A stretch of 11,438 nt of DNA from assembly GCA_031409335.1 (NCBI GenBank), contig JANNWY010000207.1, forward strand, positions 1 through 11,438, given 5' to 3'. A program made the translations under genes and the position numbers. Origin of the DNA: Chthoniobacteraceae bacterium (lineage in GTDB: Bacteria > Verrucomicrobiota > Verrucomicrobiia > Chthoniobacterales > Chthoniobacteraceae). How positions within the stretch are numbered: the stretch's first letter is position 1; each line of letters begins with the position of its first letter. Of the stretch, positions 1-6,460 are shown in pieces. Below the pieces are notes generated by a model that saw only the letters and a list, made by a program, of their open reading frames with translations, was not told the origin of the DNA and searched no databases.

Positions 1-81
1 GTCGGGCGTGGCTTCGGGTAACTCTCCTGCAAGCACCCAGAGTTCTTTTTGTTTTTCGCTGTCTTCGCGTCGCTCAAACAT
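1..81 (-). CDS. Putative transposase N-terminus (partial, 27 codons visible)
   Basis: ATG at 81-79 gives MFERREDSEKQKELWVLAGELPEATPD, open to the edge. It resembles the Q-x-E-(F/L)-W-(I/V)-xxx-E-L-P N-terminus of DUF772-containing IS1182/IS5-like transposases. A purine-rich GAGG lies upstream. Not in the ORF track. Confidence 0.55.
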   Translation of the reverse strand, partial: MFERREDSEKQKELWVLAGELPEATPD

Positions 82-140
82 ATTGCCTCTATCTATCCTT
101 CTAGCTCTGCCTTGTTGGAAGGTTTTTCAACAGGCTGCTA
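1..140 (-). mobile_element. Left end of an IS element (IS1182/IS5-like) running off the window
   Basis: The minus strand from 140 reads TAGCAGCCTGTTGAAAAA, resembling IS5/IS1182-type terminal inverted repeats. About 40 nt further on an ORF starts and runs off the window. The TetR ORF stops inside this motif. Confidence 0.6.
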
Positions 141-414
141 AAGCTACTAAGACCCAAAACAAATTCAGCGCCATGCTCGCGTCTGGCTCTGCTGCGGCCC
201 TGGTGGAAGCCGCACGTATTTCCGCCAAGTGTTCATTCACCAGCACCACGATGATGCTCTGCTTCCCGGCAAAGTGGCGATAGATCAGTGCGGGACTAAT
301 CGCAACCGCCCGGGCGATGTCATCTATGAAAGTGAGGTGAAATCCCCGCCTGCCGATGCAGTCCGTGGCGGCGGCGACTATCTGGCGGGTGCGTGCTGTA
401 GTGTCGTGTTTCAT
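127..414 (-). pseudogene. TetR/AcrR family regulator, C-terminally truncated
   Basis: RQIVAAATDCIGRRGFHLTFIDDIARAVAISPALIYRHFAGK is a TetR N-terminal HTH. It is 95 aa versus about 200 for the family, and the stop codon (127-129) falls within the putative IS end. Confidence 0.8.
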
Positions 415-416
415 GG

Positions 417-434
417 TGTAAACGGTCGTTTACA
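417..434. promoter_or_regulatory. Palindromic TetR-type operator TGTAAACG-GT-CGTTTACA
   Basis: Perfect 8-bp arms with a 2-nt spacer, 2 nt upstream of the TetR start codon, a typical autoregulatory position. Confidence 0.75.
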
Positions 435-656
435 TGCCAAGTGGTATTGCTCGACAAAACGCTGTGCGGGCTAGCAGTCGGTCGGACTTTGGCTGGCGCG
501 AGCTTTGGCTTGAGTCGGGCGGGAGCTTCATGGCCAATGGATCATGCTCTTCCCCGCCGTTTCATGCGCCTGCACGTGACAAAGCCCTGAGCTCTTTTGG
601 CGCGGTTTTCGACCCGCGCCGGATCCATAATCACGCCCGCGCGCCACTCAAACAAC

Positions 657-1352
657 ATGCCAACATCATCCAACTCCCCAACGAAAAACACCGCTGCTCT
701 CGCCGTTTGCATCGTCGTCACGTTCCTCGCGCCCACGCTCGGGGCGTGGGCGATGCCGGGCGAATGGTATGCCTCGCTGACGAAGCCGTCGTGGAATCCG
801 CCGTCGTGGATTTTTGGCCCGATGTGGACGGCGCTCTACCTCATGATGGCCACCGCCGCGTGGCTCGTGTGGCGGCGCGGTGGCTGGGCCGGGCAACGAG
901 GCACGCTCTCGCTCTACCTCGTGCAGCTCGCGCTCAATGCCGCATGGACTCCCCTTTTCTTCGGACTGAAAATGCCCGGCCCAGCCTTCGCGGAAATCCT
1001 TCTGCTGCTGGCGGCCATCGTGGCGACCGCTTTGGCCTTTCGCGGCGTGAGCAAGGTCGCAGCGGCGCTGCTGCTGCCTTACATCGCGTGGGTTGCGTTC
1101 GCGTCGTTTCTCAACTTCACGCTGTGGCGGCTCAACGCCACAAAACCATCCGCGCCGTGGACAGCTCCGGCGCTAAGTCTGCACCCGCCGCTGCGCAGTG
1201 ACCTGAGCGTCTCGACGGCGTTCCGAATCTCGCAGCAGGACGGGCCGCAAAAATTTCTCAGAAAACTTTCGCACTGTTGTCCTCGGCTGAATGGTTCGTT
1301 CGTCGTTACCCTGAACGGAACGCTGATTCAGTCCGCGGTTCCAAACATCTAA
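657..1352 (+). CDS. tspO: TspO/MBR tryptophan-rich sensory protein with a read-through C-terminal extension
   Basis: Motifs WYASLTKPSWNPPSWIFGPMWTALY, QLALNAAWTPLFFG and LLLPYIAWVAFASFLN..LWRLN. The likely start is ATG 657. The family domain ends near 1136 but the frame stays open to 1352. Confidence 0.9.
   Translation: MPTSSNSPTKNTAALAVCIVVTFLAPTLGAWAMPGEWYASLTKPSWNPPSWIFGPMWTALYLMMATAAWLVWRRGGWAGQRGTLSLYLVQLALNAAWTPLFFGLKMPGPAFAEILLLLAAIVATALAFRGVSKVAAALLLPYIAWVAFASFLNFTLWRLNATKPSAPWTAPALSLHPPLRSDLSVSTAFRISQQDGPQKFLRKLSHCCPRLNGSFVVTLNGTLIQSAVPNI
1278..1306 (+). promoter_or_regulatory. ECF sigma (ECF42-like) promoter, copy 1
   Basis: TGTCCTCGGC-TGAATGGT-TCGTTCGTCGT with TGTC (-35) and CGTC (-10) and an A/T-rich tract upstream. 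It lies about 50 nt before the ATG at 1359 and shares two identical blocks with 3844-3872. Confidence 0.75.
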
Positions 1353-1358
1353 AAACCT

Positions 1359-1895
1359 ATGATCAAAAAGATACTTCTCGGCCTCGTTGCCATTCTCGCC
1401 CTCTTCCTCATCGTCGCCGCCATGCAGCCCGCTGACTACCGGGTGGAGCGCAGCGCCACCATCGCCGCCTCGCCCGCCGTCTTGTTCGATCAAGTCAACG
1501 ATCACAAAAAGTTCGAACTCTGGAACCCGTGGCAAAAAATGGATCCCGAGTCCAAGACCACTTACAGCGGCGCCGAGTCTGGCGTGGGGGCAGTCGCCAG
1601 TTGGGTCGGCGAGAAAGTCGGCGAAGGCTCCGCCACCATCACCGAGAGCAAGCCCGGTGAACTTGTGCGCCAACGCATGGATTGGAAGAAGCCCATGGAA
1701 GGCGTGAGCACCGTGGACTTCACCTTCAAAGCCGAGGGCGACAAGACCGTGGTCACTTGGGCCATGTATGGAAAGAACGGCTTCATGGGCAAGGCCATGA
1801 GCCTCTTCATGAGCTGCGAAAAAATGTGCGGGCCTGAGTTTGAAAAGGGTCTGGCTGATCTCGGGAAGACAGTAGCCGCCGCGCCTGCAAAGTAG
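1359..1895 (+). CDS. SRPBCC (polyketide cyclase/START-like) protein with N-terminal membrane anchor
   Basis: Hydrophobic N-terminus MIKKILLGLVAILALFLIVAA, then YRVERSATIAASPAVLF..WNPW..GVGA...W...VGEG, and C-terminal GPEFEKGLADL. Confidence 0.85.
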   Translation: MIKKILLGLVAILALFLIVAAMQPADYRVERSATIAASPAVLFDQVNDHKKFELWNPWQKMDPESKTTYSGAESGVGAVASWVGEKVGEGSATITESKPGELVRQRMDWKKPMEGVSTVDFTFKAEGDKTVVTWAMYGKNGFMGKAMSLFMSCEKMCGPEFEKGLADLGKTVAAAPAK

Positions 1896-1907
1896 TCCCG
1901 ACTCTTT

Positions 1908-2288
1908 ATGGCTACGAAGCTGAAGCCCGCCACCCACGACGAGTATCTCGCCGCGCTGACAGCGGATCAGCGAAACTCTTTGGAAGGCATCCGCAGCGCA
2001 ATCCAAGCCGCTGCGCCCGATGCTGTCGAATGCATCAGCTATCAAATCCCCGGCTATCGGTACAACGGGAAGCTGCTCGTTTTCTACGGAGCTGCTGCGA
2101 AACACTGTGCCCTTTACGCCGTGACCAGCACCGTGATCTCGTCCCTTCAAGACGATCTCGCAGCCTATGAAACCGGCGGCAAAGGCACTCTACGCTTCGC
2201 GCCAGACAAACCCATGCCGGCCGCTCTAGTCAGAAAGATCGTGCAGGCGATGATCGCCGAACGCCCTTCTAGCCAGCTAGTCCCATGA
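1908..2288 (+). CDS. DUF1801/YdhG-like (iron chaperone family) protein
   Basis: DEYLAAL..QRNSLEGIRSAIQAAAPDAVECISYQIPGY ... GKGTLRFAPDKPMPAALVRKIV. Confidence 0.85.
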   Translation: MATKLKPATHDEYLAALTADQRNSLEGIRSAIQAAAPDAVECISYQIPGYRYNGKLLVFYGAAAKHCALYAVTSTVISSLQDDLAAYETGGKGTLRFAPDKPMPAALVRKIVQAMIAERPSSQLVP

Positions 2289-2608
2289 GCACCGCGCTTT
2301 TTGTCCGCCATCGAGCCAAACGCGGTCAACGCGAGGAAGTCCTCCGAGTCTGGGAAAAGCATGTTAAACCACGTGCCGCTGCCAATCCAGACCATCTCGC
2401 ATACTACTTCTGTTTCGACGACGCAGATCCTGATGTGATCTGTGTTTTCCAGCTCTACCGCAGCGCAGAGGCGATGGCTGCCTTTCTCGCTGGTGATTGG
2501 TATCCAGTCTATCTTGCCGAGATCGCGGTGGTGGTCGCGGAAGCGCCTCAGGTGATGCCCGCGAGCCTCATTTGGCGAAAGGCGGAGAATCGCTCCCTCG
2601 AAGCATGA
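2285..2608 (+). CDS. Antibiotic biosynthesis monooxygenase (ABM) / putative quinol monooxygenase family
   Basis: 107 aa with the pattern LFVRHRAKRGQREEV...YYFCFDDADPDVICVFQLY. ATGA overlaps with both neighbours. Confidence 0.75.
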   Translation: MSTALFVRHRAKRGQREEVLRVWEKHVKPRAAANPDHLAYYFCFDDADPDVICVFQLYRSAEAMAAFLAGDWYPVYLAEIAVVVAEAPQVMPASLIWRKAENRSLEA

Positions 2609-3816
2609 CGCAAACCCTCTCTGCCTCACAGTCCCGCCGCATCGCACTTACCGCGCAGGGGCTGGGAAAGCGACCGGATAAGCCTGCAACTCGACAAGAT
2701 CTGTTGCGGACAATCGCGCAACTCGGCGCGATCCAAATGGATTCCGTCAATGTCGTTTCGCGCTCGCACTATTTGCCGCTGTTTTCTCGGGCAGGGTCTT
2801 ATGACCGTGCTTTGCTGGAGGAGATGGCTTGGGGGAAATCTCCGGCGCTGCTGGAGTATTGGGCCCACGAAGCCAGCCTGATCCCGCACACGACCCAGCC
2901 GCTGCTGCGCTGGCGGATGGACGATGCACGGGATGGCAGCGGAGTGTGGAAAAGTGTCGCGCAATTTTTGCGCGAACGCCGCGATTTGATCGACGAAACC
3001 AAAGCGCAGATTGCCGCTCGCGGGCCCTTGGCAGCATCAGAACTCGAACTTGGCGAAAAAGGCGAGGGCGGCTGGTGGGGCTGGAGCGAAGCGAAGCGCG
3101 CTTGTGAATGTCTCTTCTGGGTCGGCGAACTCACGACAGTGACCCGCCGCGGAAATTTTGAACGCATCTACGGATTACCCGAATTGCATCTGCCCGCCGA
3201 GATTGTGGCCACAACCACGCCATCACGCACCGAGGCCCTCCGTGCGTTGATAGCGATTGCGGCACAAGCAATGGGCGTGGCTACCGAACGCGATCTGCGT
3301 GACTATTTCCGGATGACGCCTGCAAACAGCCGTGTCGCAGTCGCAGAACTTACAGACGCTGGCGTGCTTGAAAAGGTGACCGTCGATGGTTGGCGGGACC
3401 CTGCTTATTTGATGAAAGGTGCCGTCATCCCGCGCAGCGCAAAGGGGCAATTCCTGCTGTCGCCGTTCGACAACGCCATTTGGTTTCGCGAACGCACCGA
3501 GCGGCTATTTGGAGTGCGCATCCGCCTTGAGATTTACACCCCGGCACACAAGCGAGTGCATGGCTATTATGTCCTGCCATTTCTGGAAGGTGACGCCATC
3601 ACCGCGCGAGTGGATCTGAAGGCAGACCGCAAAGCCGGAGTACTGCTGGTGCAAGCGGCCCATGCTGAACGCGAAACGACGGCGGAAACGCCCGAGAAGC
3701 TGATGGCGGAGTTGCGGCTAATGGCCTCGTGGCTTGGGCTGGCGGGCGTGCAGGTGGAAGGACAAGGTGATTTGGCCGCACGTCTCAACAGACGAGGAAA
3801 ACACGCATCCTCTTGA
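2605..3816 (+). CDS. ycaQ: YcaQ-like (HTH_42/AlkZ superfamily) interstrand crosslink DNA glycosylase
   Basis: GAIQMDSVNVVSRSHYLPLFSR carries the Q-x-D motif at 2734-2742 typical of the YcaQ-like branch. Other motifs are EYWAHEAS, WWGWS, LLSPFD and EIYTPAHKRVHGYYVLPFL. The start at 2605 overlaps the upstream stop. Confidence 0.92.
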   Translation: MTQTLSASQSRRIALTAQGLGKRPDKPATRQDLLRTIAQLGAIQMDSVNVVSRSHYLPLFSRAGSYDRALLEEMAWGKSPALLEYWAHEASLIPHTTQPLLRWRMDDARDGSGVWKSVAQFLRERRDLIDETKAQIAARGPLAASELELGEKGEGGWWGWSEAKRACECLFWVGELTTVTRRGNFERIYGLPELHLPAEIVATTTPSRTEALRALIAIAAQAMGVATERDLRDYFRMTPANSRVAVAELTDAGVLEKVTVDGWRDPAYLMKGAVIPRSAKGQFLLSPFDNAIWFRERTERLFGVRIRLEIYTPAHKRVHGYYVLPFLEGDAITARVDLKADRKAGVLLVQAAHAERETTAETPEKLMAELRLMASWLGLAGVQVEGQGDLAARLNRRGKHASS

Positions 3817-3843
3817 TGCCTCGGCAAAATCGTTTTCATTTCG

Positions 3844-3872
3844 TGTCCTCGGCGAACGACCTCGTTCGTCGT
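3844..3872 (+). promoter_or_regulatory. ECF sigma (ECF42-like) promoter, copy 2
   Basis: TGTCCTCGGC-GAACGACC-TCGTTCGTCGT, with the same blocks and spacing as 1278-1306. It lies about 30 nt upstream of the YCII gene, the classic ECF42 target position. Confidence 0.8.
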
Positions 3873-3901
3873 CCTATTGAACTGCTGAAAGTTTTAACAT
3901 C

Positions 3902-4300
3902 ATGAACCCGCAACAACCGACCAACGAACATCTCCTTTTCATCCGAGGCACGCACTGGAACCACGGCATGTCGCCCGCCGAACTCCAGCGTGTGATGACC
4001 GACTTCTACGCTTGGGTGGAAGAGCTCAACACGCGTGGAATCCTGCGTCGTGCGCAGCCGCTGATGGAAGAAGGCAAGCTCGTCTCCGGCGCGCGCGGTG
4101 GTGCTCTGACCGACGGCGTTTTTGCGGAATCCAAAGAAACTATCGCGGGCTATTGCCTGCTCGCTGTGGACACGATGGAAGCCGCGCTGGAGAGCGCCGG
4201 AGCCTGTCCCATCCCCGATCGTGGAGCCACCATTGAAGTCCGTCCCGTAGCCGATCTTTGCCGCCCGATGGCGGAGGTCCATGCGGCCGCTGTTTTCTGA
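3902..4300 (+). CDS. YCII-related (DGPF-type) protein
   Basis: AQPL...LTDGVFAESKETIAGYCLL.VD..EAA...A..CP......IEVRPV, a variant of the DGPFAExKE signature. Confidence 0.9.
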   Translation: MNPQQPTNEHLLFIRGTHWNHGMSPAELQRVMTDFYAWVEELNTRGILRRAQPLMEEGKLVSGARGGALTDGVFAESKETIAGYCLLAVDTMEAALESAGACPIPDRGATIEVRPVADLCRPMAEVHAAAVF

Positions 4301-4338
4301 CACCAACCTCATCCATCCAACACCGAAACAAACTCACT

Positions 4339-4785
4339 ATGACCACTCACACTATCCGTCTGCACCGCGTCCTGCGCTCCACGCCTGAACGCATCTATCG
4401 CGCTTTCATCAATCCCGCCGCCATGTGCAAATGGCTGCCACCTAACGGATACACCGGCACCATGCACCACATGGATGCCAAGGTCGGTGGCAGTTTCAAG
4501 ATGTCCTTCACGAACTTCACCACGCAGAAGGCGATGTCCTTCGGTGGCGAGTATCTGGAACTCATCCCGAACGAAAAACTCCGCTACACCGATGGGTTCG
4601 ACGATCCGAATCTCCCCGGCGTCATGACCGTGACCGTGCTGCTCAAGGCAGTCCCCTGTGGCACGGAAGTGAACATCACCCAAGAAGGCGTGCCCAGCGT
4701 CATCCCGGCGGAAGCCTGCTACATGGGCTGGCAAGAGTCGCTCATCCTTTTGGCGAAGCTGGTGGAGGTTGAAATCACCGAGTAG
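4339..4785 (+). CDS. SRPBCC / AHSA1 (CalC/Aha1-like) protein
   Basis: TIRLHRVLRSTPERIYRAF..KWLPPNGY..DAKVGGSFKMSF..GGEYLELIPNEKLRYTD..GWQESL. The start is ATG 4339. Confidence 0.88.
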   Translation: MTTHTIRLHRVLRSTPERIYRAFINPAAMCKWLPPNGYTGTMHHMDAKVGGSFKMSFTNFTTQKAMSFGGEYLELIPNEKLRYTDGFDDPNLPGVMTVTVLLKAVPCGTEVNITQEGVPSVIPAEACYMGWQESLILLAKLVEVEITE

Positions 4786-4817
4786 CCATCCAACGTTTCT
4801 CACAACCAAACATCATC

Positions 4818-5222
4818 ATGAATACAAAACGCAATCCCGTCGGCTGGTTCGAAATCTACGTGACCGACATGAATCGAGCAAAAGCCTTTTATGAAGGCAC
4901 GCTGCAAATCAAGCTGGAGGCTCTTCCCACCGCCGACATGGGCGGCGGAGGACCGAGCCTGGAAATGTGGATGTTCCCCGGAGCCATGGAACAGGACAAC
5001 GCGGGCTGCTCCGGCGCACTGTGCAAAATGGAAGGCTGCGGCCCCGGCGGTGGCGGCACGTTGATATACTTCTCCTGCGAAGACTGCGCGCTGGAGGCGG
5101 GTCGCGTGGCGGCGCATGGTGGTGCCATTTACAAAGAAAAGTTTGCCATCGGCGAATACGGATTCATTGCCATCGCTGCCGACACCGAGGGCAACACCAT
5201 TGGACTGCACTCCATGAAGTAG
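4818..5222 (+). CDS. VOC family (glyoxalase/bleomycin resistance-like) protein
   Basis: NPVGWFEIYVTDMNRAKAFY ... GTLIYF ... GGAI..EKFAIGEYGFIA...DTEGNTIGLHS. Confidence 0.9.
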   Translation: MNTKRNPVGWFEIYVTDMNRAKAFYEGTLQIKLEALPTADMGGGGPSLEMWMFPGAMEQDNAGCSGALCKMEGCGPGGGGTLIYFSCEDCALEAGRVAAHGGAIYKEKFAIGEYGFIAIAADTEGNTIGLHSMK

Positions 5223-5227
5223 CACCC

Positions 5228-5932
5228 ATGCAGAAATCGCCGTCCGCAACGCCGGCAGTGAGCGGCGTGCTGAAGTCCCTGCGTGATCTCAGCACGCCGT
5301 CCACGGTGGCAGGCATGGCAAGGTTTGGCATCCCCTCAGATCATGCCCTCGGCGTCACCGTGGCGGACATGCGAGTGCTGGCCAAAAGCCTTGGGCCGAA
5401 CCATGCGCTTGCTGCCGAGCTTTGGAGCACTGGTTGCTATGAAGCACGCATGGTTGCTTCGATGATTGATGACCCCTCGCTCGTCACGCCTCGGCAGATG
5501 GAAAACTGGTGCCGTGATTTTGATAGTTGGGCCATTTGCGACACCGTGTGTTTCAATCTCTTTAACGCCACGCCCCATGCTTGGAACAAAATCCATGAAT
5601 GGAGTGCCCGCCAGCTTGAGTTCGAGAAACGGGCCGCTTTTGCGTTGCTCTGGTGCCTGCCGCGTGGGAAAACGGCTTCGCCAAATGCAGCCTTTGTGGA
5701 TGCCTTATCACTCATCGAACGCGAGGCGCACGATGAGCGCAATTTTGTCAGAAAGTCTATCAACATGGCTTTCCGGTCGATTGGGAAACGCAATCTTGCC
5801 CTCAACGCAGCCGCCACAGCGACCGCACGCCGGTTAGTAGTGGCGAAGGACAAAAGCGCTCGTTGGGTAGGCAGCCATGCGCTCCTTGAGCTGGCAAGCA
5901 CGGCGGTAGCAACTCGTTTGAAAAAACTGTGA
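5228..5932 (+). CDS. AlkD-like DNA alkylation repair protein (HEAT-like repeat glycosylase)
   Basis: GMARFGI...ALGV...MR.LAK..G.NH.LA.ELW..G.YEAR, DFDSWAICD, EFEKRAAF and DERNFVRKS..AFRSIGKRN. The start is ATG 5228, and the longer ORF from 4967 is overlap with the VOC gene. Confidence 0.88.
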   Translation: MQKSPSATPAVSGVLKSLRDLSTPSTVAGMARFGIPSDHALGVTVADMRVLAKSLGPNHALAAELWSTGCYEARMVASMIDDPSLVTPRQMENWCRDFDSWAICDTVCFNLFNATPHAWNKIHEWSARQLEFEKRAAFALLWCLPRGKTASPNAAFVDALSLIEREAHDERNFVRKSINMAFRSIGKRNLALNAAATATARRLVVAKDKSARWVGSHALLELASTAVATRLKKL

Positions 5933-5936
5933 TCCT

Positions 5937-6281
5937 ATGAGTGAATCCGCAGCAGCAGACAGTGGGCAAGCGGGCCAAGTGGCGGATCATTTCTTTCGTC
6001 AGGAAGGAGCCCGCCTCGTCGCCACGCTGACGGCGCATCTGGGCGCACATCGGCTGCAACTCGCCGAGGATGTCGTGCAAGAAGCTCTCGTCCGGGCGCT
6101 GCAAGTCTGGCCCTATCGCGGGGTGCCGGACACTCCGGCCGCGTGGCTCACGCAGACCGCCAAAAACCTCGCGCTCGATTGTCTTCGCCGAGAACAACGC
6201 TGGAATACCAAGGAGGACAGCATCGCCGCCGAGCATCTCTCCGCCGCCCTCGCCACTGGGGCCAATGCCGAGACTCACTTT
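5937..6281 (+). pseudogene. ECF42-type RNA polymerase sigma-70 factor, truncated after region 2
   Basis: FFRQEGARLVATL...LAEDVVQEALVRALQVWPYRGVPDTPAAWL..TAKNLALD.LRRE is ECF42-like region 2. Similarity stops at about aa 115, with no LRL(M/I)FxCCHP, region 4 or TPR tail seen downstream. The ORF reads on through repeat DNA to 6464. Confidence 0.85.
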
Positions 6282-6317
6282 CATAGAAAAGATGTCACCG
6301 GCCTCCGTCCCGTCTCC

Positions 6318-6390
6318 CTCTGTGTCCTCCAGAACTCTGTGGTGGAAAACCGGGGGTGGAATTCAGCGCGGAGTTTTGGAGGACACAGAG
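6318..6390. repeat. REP-like inverted repeat / hairpin
   Basis: CTCTGTGTCCTCCAGAACTC (6318-6337) pairs with GAGTTTTGGAGGACACAGAG (6371-6390) at 19/20, and extends inward with G-T wobbles. Confidence 0.85.
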
Positions 6391-6460
6391 AGCAGCCTCT
6401 CGCCAGGGGCGCTGGATCCGTTCAACCGCGATTTCCAGTTGCGCGCATGATTTCTCTACC

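Noticed and set aside
141..170. AT-rich CTAAGACCCAAAACAAATT next to the IS end, possibly a second IS scar
   Set aside because: No partner repeat in the window, and it could simply be TetR coding sequence.
599..620. GGCGCGG/CCGCGCC 7-bp hairpin upstream of tspO
   Set aside because: Short GC stem without a U-tract. I cannot distinguish it from chance or assign a function.
434..1201. 255-aa + strand ORF overlapping tspO
   Set aside because: Arg/Ala-rich off-frame shadow with no family motifs. Only its last ~19 codons look like a gene relic.
1173..2150. 325-aa minus-strand ORF, and similar antisense ORFs such as 3836-4312, 4309-4809, 7192-7947 and 10704-11309
   Set aside because: Antisense to well-supported genes. 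Long shadow ORFs are expected in GC-rich coding DNA.
2497..2604. Upstream extensions in the ORF track for the YcaQ-like gene (also 597, 4258 and 4967 starts)
   Set aside because: They overlap upstream genes or intergenic DNA and lack family similarity. The downstream ATGs at 2605, 657, 4339 and 5228 fit better.
3816..3843. Extra CCTCGGC just upstream of promoter copy 2
   Set aside because: Lacks TGTC and a correctly spaced CGTC, so it is not a credible third promoter.
6293..6314. TGTC...CGTC after the sigma breakpoint
   Set aside because: The spacing is 14 nt versus 19 in the two real copies, and the conserved flanks are absent.
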